A stretch of 64,000 nucleotides of DNA from Candidatus Omnitrophota bacterium (lineage in GTDB: Bacteria; Omnitrophota; Gorgyraeia; DTHP01). A program made the translations under genes and the position numbers. Below the pieces are notes generated by a model. It made no database searches. It was given only the letters and a program-made list of their open reading frames with translations, and had not been told where the DNA came from. Below are positions 9,680 to 18,413 of the stretch, in pieces; position 1 is the stretch's first letter, and the number at the start of each line of letters is the position of its first letter. The stretch covers positions 139,231 through 203,230 of the forward strand of contig JAMWCW010000002.1 in assembly GCA_023819145.1 (NCBI GenBank), read 5' to 3'.

Positions 9680-12292
9680 CTAATGAATATTCAGTTCTTG
9701 CATCTCTAACCAGTTATGACCAGTTTTCATACTGACTTTTAAGGGAATGTTTAATTTTATCACATTTTCCATCTCTTTTCTAACTATTTCTAACAAATCA
9801 ACGATAAATCTTTGATGGAATTCAAAAAGAAGTTCATCATGTATCTGTAAGATGATAGATGCTTCTAACCCACGATTAGAAATTTCTTTATATATTCTAT
9901 ACATCGCTAACTTAATAATATCTGCCGCTGAACCCTGAACAGGAGTGTTAATCGCTATCCTTTCTGATAGCTGTCTCAAGGTTTGATTTGGACTATTGAT
10001 ATACGGAATATACCTTCTCCGATTAAGCATGGTTGTTACATAGCCCTTATCCCGCGCCTCTTTAATTTTCTCTTCTATGTAGGATTTTACCCCTGCATAA
10101 CGCATAAAATATGCTTCTATAAAACGCTCTGATTCCTTTAAGTCGATGTTCAATTCTTTAGCTAACCCAAAAGGACTCATCCCATACAAAATCCCAAAAT
10201 TGATTGTCTTAGCAAAACTACGCATCTGGGAAGTAATTTTATCCATGGGAAGAGAAAAAATAGTGGAAGCAGTATGAGTATGGATATCTACTCCATTATT
10301 AAAAGCATCTACCAAGGTTTTGTCCCCTGAAAGATGCGCTAAGATTCTCAATTCTATCTGAGAATAGTCTGCAGACAGAAGCAAATATTCCTTGTCCGGA
10401 ACTGTTATCGCTCTGCGAATCTGGCGACCAAAATCGGTTTTTATAGGAATATTCTGTAAGTTAGGGTTACTCGAACTCAATCTCCCTGTTTCAGTATTTA
10501 TTTGGCTAAAGTTAGAATGTATTCTGCCCGTCTTGGGGTTTATGGAGGCGAAAAAACCATCTACATAGGTCGATTTCAACTTGGCAACCTCTCTGTATTC
10601 TAAAATTAACTGGGGAAGCCGATGAGTATCAGACAACTTAACCAAAACTTCTTCATCGGTAGAAGGGCCAGTTTTAACTCTTTTTATTACCGGAAGTTTA
10701 AGCTTTTCGAAAAGAATCTTACGTAACTGCAAATGAGAATCAAGATTAAATTCCTCATCCGCAATGTGAAAAATTTCTCTTTTTATTTCTTCAATTCTTT
10801 TCCTTAAATCCTGGGAAAGATTCTGCAAGAAATTAAGGTCTATAAAAACTCCTTTATTCTCCATAGAACACAAAACATCTACAAGGGGAAGTTCCAGGTT
10901 TAAATAAAGGTCTAAAAGCTGTTTTTCTTTAAGTTGTTGTTCTAATATACCAAAAAGTGCAAAGATAATCTTTGTTGTTTCCTTGCTATAAATTCCTTCT
11001 GAAAATTTTTGCGAAGCCAAAGGAGGCAAAACATTTAAATAATCTAAAGCAATATTTTCAACTGTGTAATCACTAGCTGAAGGGTTCAAAAGATAACTCG
11101 CAAGCATAATATCAAACACATAACCTTTTATCAAAATACCGTTTCCCTCAAGAGAGGGTTTTATTCGTTTTAAATCATGACATATCTTAACTAAAGAAGC
11201 ATCGGAAAAAATACAAGAAATATCTTCAATGGTAAGCTCTGAATTTTTCTTATCTAGATTTATAAATAATATCTTTTCTCCATAATAAACATAGACGCCA
11301 CCCAAAACAGAATGCTCTTCCATATCCAGGATAAAGGAGAATTTTCCTTTTTCTCTGATAATATTCAAATAAGAATTCCAACCTTTTCTATCTGTTATTT
11401 CCAAAATCTCTGCTTCTGGTTTATGGACTTCATCTTTTATTAATTCCTTAAGTAAATTTTTAAACTCCAATTCTTTAAAAATACATAAGAGTCTATTTTT
11501 ATCGGGGGAACTTACCCTCATTTCTTCAAAGTTGAATTCTAAAGGAACGTCTCTATTTAAAAGAGCAAGCTTCCTGTTTAAAACGATTCTTTCTCTCTCA
11601 GTTTCTATTGTTTTACGCAGAATATCATTAGCTATCTTATTGCTTTGAGAAAGAAGATTATCGAGGGAATGAAATTTATCCAAAAGTTGCCTTGCGGTTT
11701 TTTCCCCAATTCCCTTAATCCCAGGAATGTTATCGGTATCATCACCGGTTAAGGCAAGAAAATCAGGTATAAATTGAGGCATAATTCCAAATTTCTCGTG
11801 TACATATTTAAGGTCATAAATCGGATTATCTTTACTGTAAGGGTTGTAAACACAGATTCCATTTTCCACCAGTTGCAACACGTCTTTATCCGCAGTAACT
11901 ATAAAAATAAGAAGCGGGTTATTTTTTAATTTATTCACGATAGTTGCAATAATATCGTCTGCTTCGTATCCTTCTTTTTCAAAAATAGGAATGTTATATG
12001 CCTGTACTATATCTTTTATGATAACCAACTGCTCCACCAGGTCATTGGGCATAGGCGGTCGTTTAATTTTGTAATCTTCAAATAATTTATGCCTAAAGGT
12101 TGGACCTTTCATATCAAAAGCCACTGCTAAGTATTGAGGTTTTTCTTCCCTGATTATTTTATTCAACATGTTAACAAAACCATAAATTGCATTTGTCGGC
12201 ATACCTTTAGAGGTAGAAAGTCCTTTTATGGCATAATATGCGCGATAACAAAAAGAGTTTCCATCAAGAATAAATAACCTTTCTTTTTCCAT
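9680..12292 (-). CDS. polA: DNA polymerase I
   Basis: 5'-3' exonuclease (LDGNS, YEADD), DYSQIELR, motif B K.INFGILYG and QIHDEL. Confidence 0.98.
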   Translation of the reverse strand: MEKERLFILDGNSFCYRAYYAIKGLSTSKGMPTNAIYGFVNMLNKIIREEKPQYLAVAFDMKGPTFRHKLFEDYKIKRPPMPNDLVEQLVIIKDIVQAYNIPIFEKEGYEADDIIATIVNKLKNNPLLIFIVTADKDVLQLVENGICVYNPYSKDNPIYDLKYVHEKFGIMPQFIPDFLALTGDDTDNIPGIKGIGEKTARQLLDKFHSLDNLLSQSNKIANDILRKTIETERERIVLNRKLALLNRDVPLEFNFEEMRVSSPDKNRLLCIFKELEFKNLLKELIKDEVHKPEAEILEITDRKGWNSYLNIIREKGKFSFILDMEEHSVLGGVYVYYGEKILFINLDKKNSELTIEDISCIFSDASLVKICHDLKRIKPSLEGNGILIKGYVFDIMLASYLLNPSASDYTVENIALDYLNVLPPLASQKFSEGIYSKETTKIIFALFGILEQQLKEKQLLDLYLNLELPLVDVLCSMENKGVFIDLNFLQNLSQDLRKRIEEIKREIFHIADEEFNLDSHLQLRKILFEKLKLPVIKRVKTGPSTDEEVLVKLSDTHRLPQLILEYREVAKLKSTYVDGFFASINPKTGRIHSNFSQINTETGRLSSSNPNLQNIPIKTDFGRQIRRAITVPDKEYLLLSADYSQIELRILAHLSGDKTLVDAFNNGVDIHTHTASTIFSLPMDKITSQMRSFAKTINFGILYGMSPFGLAKELNIDLKESERFIEAYFMRYAGVKSYIEEKIKEARDKGYVTTMLNRRRYIPYINSPNQTLRQLSERIAINTPVQGSAADIIKLAMYRIYKEISNRGLEASIILQIHDELLFEFHQRFIVDLLEIVRKEMENVIKLNIPLKVSMKTGHNWLEMQELNIH

Positions 12293-12369
12293 TAATAATA
12301 AGTATTATGGTCTTGAATGAACAAGGAATTTATGCAATTATTGTGAATTGATGCTTAATGGGTATTTTT

Positions 12370-13179
12370 CTATTGTTGGGGAATGAGCCCAAGGATTTTT
12401 TCAAATTCCTCTTTTGCAAGAGCGTAATTTCCTTGCCGATAATAGGTCATTGCCTGTTCAAAGTGAAGACAGATATTCATCTCTCGGGTTTTAGCAAAAA
12501 CTTCCTGATACATCTGGGAAAGTTCTGGGTCGTTGGGTAAAAGCTCATAAGCTTCTTGGAAAAGAGGAAGTGCCTGTAAATAATCTCTTTTATTGTAAAA
12601 TACCATTGCTTCTTGGTATAACCTTTTTGCTTTAACTATCCGCACTTCCTTATCTTTTTCCATTTGAATCGCTACTTCCTGAGCAAGGAGTCTTGCTTCT
12701 AATTCTTTTGCTTTATCTGGAGCATACTGCCACATCTTCTCCCAACATTTCTGGGTCCAGAAATCATCTTTATTACCCAATTCAATCCTCCTCGCCCAAT
12801 GGGCTACCGCTTTATCATATTTTTTTCTTGCTTCGTAGAAAAAGGCAAGATTAGAATGCGCTTCAGCAAAATTAGGATTAATGGAGACGGCTTTAAGATA
12901 AGCGGCTTCGGCTTTATCTACATATCCCTTAATCTCATAAATTATCCCCAAATCATTATAGGCAACCGCATAATAAGGGTCAAGAGAGACCGCCTTCTGA
13001 TAGTAGACAAGTGCAGTTTCAATATCCCCGCTCTGTTGAGCAGTATAACCACGGTTACGATATTCTACTGCCTCTTTTTGAAGAACTTGAGCCTGACAGA
13101 GACTCGCACAGAAGAGCATTCCCACTGTTAACACAAAAAGTAATCTATATTCTCTTAATTTCCTGAACATCTCTCCCAT
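12370..13179 (-). CDS. Exported TPR-repeat protein
   Basis: Signal peptide (..SLCQA-Q) and TPR-like repeats (YQKAVSLDP, AYNDLG, AHSNLA). Confidence 0.8.
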   Translation of the reverse strand: MGEMFRKLREYRLLFVLTVGMLFCASLCQAQVLQKEAVEYRNRGYTAQQSGDIETALVYYQKAVSLDPYYAVAYNDLGIIYEIKGYVDKAEAAYLKAVSINPNFAEAHSNLAFFYEARKKYDKAVAHWARRIELGNKDDFWTQKCWEKMWQYAPDKAKELEARLLAQEVAIQMEKDKEVRIVKAKRLYQEAMVFYNKRDYLQALPLFQEAYELLPNDPELSQMYQEVFAKTREMNICLHFEQAMTYYRQGNYALAKEEFEKILGLIPQQ

Positions 13180-13203
13180 TCTTTTTAGAAATGGATATTT
13201 AAA

Positions 13204-13998
13204 TCAGGGAATGTATAATACAATAGGTTCTTCCTCCCGTGTCTCTTGCATCAATCGGTCTTTTTCTACATTTATCAAAACTTCCTCAGTTGCTTTGTAT
13301 AAAGGATTAAGCATAAGGAGTTGATTTATCTTCTCAACCGCCAAACCAAAATTACCTCCGGAAAGAGCATTTTTCCCTTCCTGATATATTTTTTCAACTT
13401 CATTTACCTCATTTGTTTCAAAAGTTTCTTCTCGACGCATTTTCTCATCTTTCTCTAATAAAAAAGTTTTTGGGGTTTTATTTAAAAGCTCTTCGCCAGC
13501 AACGACCATAGGTTCTTCATTCTTCTCCTCGACAAAAAGAACATTTTCTTCATAGCTTTTTAACATCGCCAAAGCTTTTTTATACCAAGGGTCTCTGCTT
13601 TTTCCTAACTTCACTCTTTCTTTTAAATAAAATATTACCTTCTCTATTTCTCCTAACTCACGGTACAAAAGGGCGAGATTCATGTAAGGTGCAGGATACT
13701 GGGGGTTAATTCTTATTGCCTCCAGATATTCTTTTATGGCTAATTCTTTCAACCCCCGCCTTTCGTAAACTATACCCAGGTCATTATGTAAAAGAGAATT
13801 CTCTGGGTCTAGAAGAACTGCTTTTTTAAAAAACTGATATGCCTTATCTAAATTGCCTTCTCTGTAAGCCTTATAACCTGCCTTACGATACTCCTTGACC
13901 TCTTCAGAGAAGAAACTCTCCTCGGCGTATAAAGGGATGGACCAAGAAAGAAATAATAAAAATAAAACTATTAAAACACAAACTCTCCTTCTGCACAT
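13204..13998 (-). CDS. Exported TPR-repeat protein, paralog of the downstream gene
   Basis: Signal peptide (..PLYA-E) and TPR repeats (FKKAVLLDP, HNDLG, YMNLA). Confidence 0.78.
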   Translation of the reverse strand: MCRRRVCVLIVLFLLFLSWSIPLYAEESFFSEEVKEYRKAGYKAYREGNLDKAYQFFKKAVLLDPENSLLHNDLGIVYERRGLKELAIKEYLEAIRINPQYPAPYMNLALLYRELGEIEKVIFYLKERVKLGKSRDPWYKKALAMLKSYEENVLFVEEKNEEPMVVAGEELLNKTPKTFLLEKDEKMRREETFETNEVNEVEKIYQEGKNALSGGNFGLAVEKINQLLMLNPLYKATEEVLINVEKDRLMQETREEEPIVLYIP

Positions 13999-14010
13999 CT
14001 CTGTTGCAAA

Positions 14011-14040
14011 ATATTATCACAAATAGAATTTAGATGTCAA
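14011..14040 (-). promoter_or_regulatory. Sigma70-type promoter for the TPR-TPR-polA region
   Basis: Minus strand TTGACA (14040-14035), 18 nt spacer, TAATAT preceded by TGn; directly after a terminator. Confidence 0.55.
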
Positions 14041-14050
14041 GTAATTTATA

Positions 14051-14099
14051 AAAAAGAAACCCCGTCAGCCAAAAAACCTAACGGGGTTTCTTTTTTTTT
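14051..14099. terminator. Intrinsic terminator after the PKD gene, probably bidirectional
   Basis: aaaaagaaaccccgt...acggggtttcttttt inverted repeat with A and T tracts on both sides. Confidence 0.85.
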
Positions 14100-14126
14100 C
14101 AACACAATATTCCCAAACTTAGTTTA

Positions 14127-15290
14127 TTACCTAACTTTCAAATCAGGAACTGGGCCACTGCTTACTGTAGCCACAAAGGAATCAACCGAAGTAAGTCCTG
14201 TACTATCTTTTACCGTAAGCGTAACCGTATAAGTTCCTGATTTAGTATAGGTATGCTTTACTTTAATGCCTTCTGCTTTATCCCCATCACCAAAATCCCA
14301 GGAGTAACTTAAAGCATCCCCATCGGGGTCATAGGAATTAGAGGCATCAAAAATATTTTCTACACCCACACAGCAAACTAAATTTGGACCAGCATCTGCT
14401 AAAGGCGCTTTCTTCAGGGAAATATTTACTGTATCCGTATCTAAACTACAACGCGAACCTTTGCCATCATCTACGGTTAGACGTGCGGTATAGGTTCCTC
14501 CCTTTTTATACACGTGCGTAACTCTTGCACCAGTAGCACTTTCTCCGTCTCCAAAATCCCAACGGTAGGTAAGCGTATCGCCGTCAGGATCACGGGATTT
14601 ACTGCCATCCAAATTAACTCTGTATTCCTGGCTGGCATTAAAAGTAAGCGCAATATCCTCTCCTGCATTGGCTACAGGAGCGCTATTTACGGAAACCATT
14701 TTAGAAAATACTCCTTTACTGCAGGAAGTTCCTTCATTATCATCTACTGCCAAAAGAACCTTATATGTACCACCTTTGTCATAAGACTTGTTTACTATTC
14801 TGCCTTCTCCTTTTGTACCATCACCGAAATCCCAATAATAAGTTAATTTTTCGGGAGTATTGTCGGTAGTTCCACTAGCATCAAAAACAATGTTTTCTCC
14901 CTTACAGACCTCATCAGGAGCAGTAAATACTACCTGAGGAGCGGTATTTACTTTCACGGTGGTAGTGGTTATGGCGGTATCGCAATCTAACCCAGAGTCA
15001 TTCTTTACCGTCAGGGTAACTCGATAAGTTCCTGACTTTTTGTAAGTGTGCGTAACTATTGGCTTTTCGCTGGTTTCACCATCACCAAAATCCCAGAGAT
15101 AGGAAAGTTTCCTTTTGCCTGGGTCATAGGATGCAGTAGCATCAAAAGTGAAGGTATCACAGACATTGGCTTTTTCCCCAACCACCACTGGCTCCTCTGC
15201 GCATTTCCCACCCCAACATCTTGCAAAAGCAAGAGAAGGTAGGACAGCAAATGCTAACAAGATGCATAAAATAACAACACCTATTTTCAT
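14127..15290 (-). CDS. Exported protein with four tandem PKD domains
   Basis: Signal peptide (..LAFA-R), four Y.WDFGDG motifs, three followed by H.Y...GTY; strong AGGAGG RBS. Confidence 0.88.
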   Translation of the reverse strand: MKIGVVILCILLAFAVLPSLAFARCWGGKCAEEPVVVGEKANVCDTFTFDATASYDPGKRKLSYLWDFGDGETSEKPIVTHTYKKSGTYRVTLTVKNDSGLDCDTAITTTTVKVNTAPQVVFTAPDEVCKGENIVFDASGTTDNTPEKLTYYWDFGDGTKGEGRIVNKSYDKGGTYKVLLAVDDNEGTSCSKGVFSKMVSVNSAPVANAGEDIALTFNASQEYRVNLDGSKSRDPDGDTLTYRWDFGDGESATGARVTHVYKKGGTYTARLTVDDGKGSRCSLDTDTVNISLKKAPLADAGPNLVCCVGVENIFDASNSYDPDGDALSYSWDFGDGDKAEGIKVKHTYTKSGTYTVTLTVKDSTGLTSVDSFVATVSSGPVPDLKVR

Positions 15291-15492
15291 TTATCCCTCC
15301 TTTCTTAAATTTTAATCAAACTAATTACTTTATTTAAAGCCCTTTTCGCTACTTGAATAAATTTACATCCCTGTGCGTAGCGAAAAATATGGCAAGCTGT
15401 AATATGTTTCTTGTTCCTCTTCTACCCCCACTTTCGGTAAAAAATTTTAAAAACCGCTTATCCTTACTTAACTTCTTCAGAGCAAATAGTCC

Positions 15493-16092
15493 TTATTGGT
15501 TACGGGACAAGCCTGTTTTTTCCAAGACTAAATCTAGAAGTTTTTCCGCTTCCGGCAATTTCCCGCTCTGAGCATAAATCTCTTCCCATACTCCTTGGGG
15601 ATTGTGATAAAGCACTGTCCAGTAAGGTAAATCTATTCTCCCCATAACCTTATAAATTTTGTTATCCTCATCGGCAAAAACCGGGAAGGAAATCGCATAT
15701 TTATCCCTAAAGGCTTCAATTTCTTCTTCTGAATTTGCCATCCCTATACCCAATAATTTAATCTGCTGAGCATAAGGAGAATGCTTAATAAGTTCACATA
15801 ATCCATTTATCTCAGGAATACTTCCACTACAATAAGGGCAATAGGCAGTAACTATCTCCAGGATAACCACCTTGGCATTTATCTCGCTAAGTTTAAAGGT
15901 TCTATTGTTTAACCCTTTTAAACCTAGATAAACCAAATCTGCTTCTCGACGGGGAAGATTAAATTCAATTTTTTGATAATCTCGGAAAAAATCTTTTTTA
16001 TCTGAAGGACTATTTGAGGTAAAAGCAGAAGAAGAAATAACTAGAATAAAAATGAGAAAAAACAACCCGCATTTATAATTTTCTCGGCTCAT
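15493..16092 (-). CDS. Exported TlpA/redoxin-like thiol-disulfide oxidoreductase
   Basis: Signal peptide, CPYC active-site motif and FPVFAD segment of the thioredoxin fold. Confidence 0.78.
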   Translation of the reverse strand: MSRENYKCGLFFLIFILVISSSAFTSNSPSDKKDFFRDYQKIEFNLPRREADLVYLGLKGLNNRTFKLSEINAKVVILEIVTAYCPYCSGSIPEINGLCELIKHSPYAQQIKLLGIGMANSEEEIEAFRDKYAISFPVFADEDNKIYKVMGRIDLPYWTVLYHNPQGVWEEIYAQSGKLPEAEKLLDLVLEKTGLSRNQ

Positions 16093-16186
16093 TATCTGAA
16101 GTCTGAAAGAAAGAAAGAAAGATTATATAAAAATAAACCCCAATTCGCAAATTGTAAGAGTAAGGCAAATTACAGGTTTGGTATTT

Positions 16187-16215
16187 AATATACTAAAAAA
16201 GAATGTTTATGTCAA
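16187..16215 (-). promoter_or_regulatory. Sigma70-type promoter for the TlpA-like gene
   Basis: Minus strand TTGACA-N17-TATATT. Confidence 0.65.
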
Positions 16216-16246
16216 GTGTTTTTTGTACTGACCCCCATTTGTCAAG

Positions 16247-17011
16247 CTAAATTTTAGTAGTGAGTAACAACTGCTCTTTCTCATATTGAACTGATGTTTT
16301 ATAACCTAAAGAAGAATGTGGATAATCTGTATTATAACGCTCTATCCAGACTTTAAGGTCTTCTTCGACATCAAAGGGTGTCTCCCATTGTTCTTGTCTT
16401 AACCAGATTAAGTCTTCTTTTAATGTCCGGATAACTCTTTCGGTACCGGCATTGCCTTTGGGATTATCATAGCAGGTGAATATCTGTTTAATTTCTAAGA
16501 CGGAACAGGCTTGCATAAATTTTTCTGAGGTTGGTTGTGAACCATTGTCCGAGATTAAGAAAAGTTCCTGGCTCTTTGACAATATCCATTGGGGAAATTG
16601 GTTATTAACTGCGTTATTTAAAGCTTCAAGCCAATCTTGAGTTTTAGAATGCATCTTAAGAGAATAGCCGATGATTTTCTTGGTAAACCAGTCAAGGACA
16701 ATCACAAGATACAGCCAACCAAAGGACTTAAGTAAGAGTTTGGTCATATCGATACCCCAGAATTGGTTAGGCCTTATAGCCTTAGGCTTACTTCTATTTA
16801 GATATTTTGCTCTCAAGGCTTTGAGCTTTGTGTTAGGCACAATCAAGAAATTATTCTCTTTCATCAGCCAGTAGATACGCTTTTTATTGACAACTAAGCC
16901 TTTGCGATATTTTAGATATGCCCAGACGCGCCTGTAACCCCAAAAAGGATGTTCAAGTTTTAGATTTTGGATTTGTTCAAGGAGTTCTTTATTTTTTAGC
17001 TTTATCTTCAT
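16247..17011 (-). CDS. IS3-family transposase OrfB (DDE integrase core)
   Basis: WGYRRV, PNQFWGIDMT, SDNGSQ, N..TERV.RTLKE and YN...PHSSLGY. Confidence 0.9.
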   Translation of the reverse strand: MKIKLKNKELLEQIQNLKLEHPFWGYRRVWAYLKYRKGLVVNKKRIYWLMKENNFLIVPNTKLKALRAKYLNRSKPKAIRPNQFWGIDMTKLLLKSFGWLYLVIVLDWFTKKIIGYSLKMHSKTQDWLEALNNAVNNQFPQWILSKSQELFLISDNGSQPTSEKFMQACSVLEIKQIFTCYDNPKGNAGTERVIRTLKEDLIWLRQEQWETPFDVEEDLKVWIERYNTDYPHSSLGYKTSVQYEKEQLLLTTKI

Positions 17012-17297
17012 GGATTTAGCTCTTTTAATTCTAATTCGGTTTTTTTAACTCAATGGTAAGTTCAGCAATAATCTTTTTTAATTTTTCGTCCTCTTGTATT
17101 AGCCTTTGTTCTTTCTTAGACTGTTTTTCGGATTCAAAGATTCTATGACCTTTAGATTGTAGTTCGTTTAACCAGTAATAAAACATACTTTGTGTTATCT
17201 GATAATGATTACAAAGTTGGGCTAAAGGGATCTTGTTTTGTAAACCTTATAAGACTATGTTTAATTTTGTTTTTGGATCCCATTTACGGTATTTCAT
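17008..17297 (-). pseudogene. IS3-family OrfA (HTH), disrupted
   Basis: MKYRKWDPKTKLNIVL*GLQNKIPLAQLC...YYW with in-frame TAA at 17247-17249; the A7 run at 17040-17046 seems one base short of reaching the TGA/ATG overlap; GGGGAG RBS. Confidence 0.8.
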
Positions 17298-17395
17298 TGG
17301 CTCCCCCTTTGTTAAGTGCTATAATCATTTTACTGAAATTTTCTCCTAATTTGCACCTATTTCTTAATGGGGAGCAGTATATTACTTATTACGAT

Positions 17396-18400
17396 TTAAG
17401 GATTGCGGCTTACAACTTCCTCTTTAAGCTCACGGGTCATAAGTTCCTTAACAGCCTTTTTGGGGGATTTGTCTTCATAGATGACTCTGTATACCTGCTC
17501 AGTAATGGGCATTTCAATATTTCTTCTTTTTGCCAATTCGTAAACCGCGCGTGTGGTCAAAATGCCTTCGGCAACCATCTCCATTCTTTTTATGATTTCT
17601 TTTAGTTTCCTTCCCTTTCCGATTTCCTCTCCTACCCCACGGTTTCGACTATAAGGGCTGAAACAGGTAGTAATTAAATCTCCTAAACCACTCAAACCCC
17701 AGAAGGTCTCTGGTCTTGCTCCCAAACAAGTCCCTAAACGAATCATTTCTACTAATCCCCGATTAAGCAGAGCAGCTTTTGTATTTGTTCCAAATCCTAA
17801 GCCATCGCTTATCCCACAGGCAAGAGCAATAATATTTTTTAACGCCCCTCCTAATTCTACGCCAATCACATCAGAAGAAGTATATACCCGAAAGTTTTCT
17901 GTAGAGAATATTTCTTGAAGTTTCTTTGCCAATTCTAAATCAGAAGAGGCAATAACTACTGCAGTAGGAATTCCCCCTGCAACCTCTTGGGCAATGCTTG
18001 GTCCGGAAAGAACTGCCGAATTTACCATACCTAAAGCACGGTCAATAATCTCCGATGGCCTTAAGTAAGTATCTTCTTCTATTCCCTTAACCACGCTTAA
18101 GATGATTTTATTTCTAAAATCAAAATGAGAAAATTCTTGTAAAGTAGAACGTAAGTATTTTGAAGGAATGGCAACGACAATTATTGAAGAAGTGTTTATA
18201 ATCTTTTCCTTATCTTTGATTATTCTGACTGAAGAAGGAATCTTTTTCCCCGGAAGAAATTTAATATTTTCTCTCTTCCTTTCAAGAATTTCTAAATATT
18301 CAGGAAAAACACCCCATAAACCTACAGAATATCCTTTTTTAGCGAGAAGGATTGCTAAAGCAGTCCCCCATCCCCCGTCTCCAAGAATTCCGATATGCAT
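17396..18400 (-). CDS. gpsA: NAD(P)H-dependent glycerol-3-phosphate dehydrogenase
   Basis: GDGGWGTAL, SGPS.A.EV, GGALKN, GLGDLITTC and SRN. Confidence 0.96.
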   Translation of the reverse strand: MHIGILGDGGWGTALAILLAKKGYSVGLWGVFPEYLEILERKRENIKFLPGKKIPSSVRIIKDKEKIINTSSIIVVAIPSKYLRSTLQEFSHFDFRNKIILSVVKGIEEDTYLRPSEIIDRALGMVNSAVLSGPSIAQEVAGGIPTAVVIASSDLELAKKLQEIFSTENFRVYTSSDVIGVELGGALKNIIALACGISDGLGFGTNTKAALLNRGLVEMIRLGTCLGARPETFWGLSGLGDLITTCFSPYSRNRGVGEEIGKGRKLKEIIKRMEMVAEGILTTRAVYELAKRRNIEMPITEQVYRVIYEDKSPKKAVKELMTRELKEEVVSRNP

Positions 18401-18413
18401 ACTAATTAATTGG

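Larger units (their letters stand above)
16224..17381 (-). mobile_element. IS3-family insertion sequence, 1158 bp, decayed
   Basis: Imperfect terminal IRs TGTACTGACCCCCATT (16224) and TATACTGCTCCCCATT (minus strand from 17381) enclose orfA and orfB; no clear target duplication. Confidence 0.85.

Noticed and set aside
12325-12350. Sigma54-like TTGCA element upstream of polA, and similar ones near 6270 and 58055
   Set aside because: The required GG at -24 is missing or mis-spaced
14127-15290. Repeated nucleotide blocks that could suggest a repeat array
   Set aside because: They are the coding repeats of the PKD WDFGDG motifs; no CRISPR-like repeat-spacer structure was seen anywhere in the window
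17192-17605. 137-aa plus-strand ORF crossing the IS end
   Set aside because: It spans the IS boundary antisense to orfA and gpsA, so it is a chance product of the insertion
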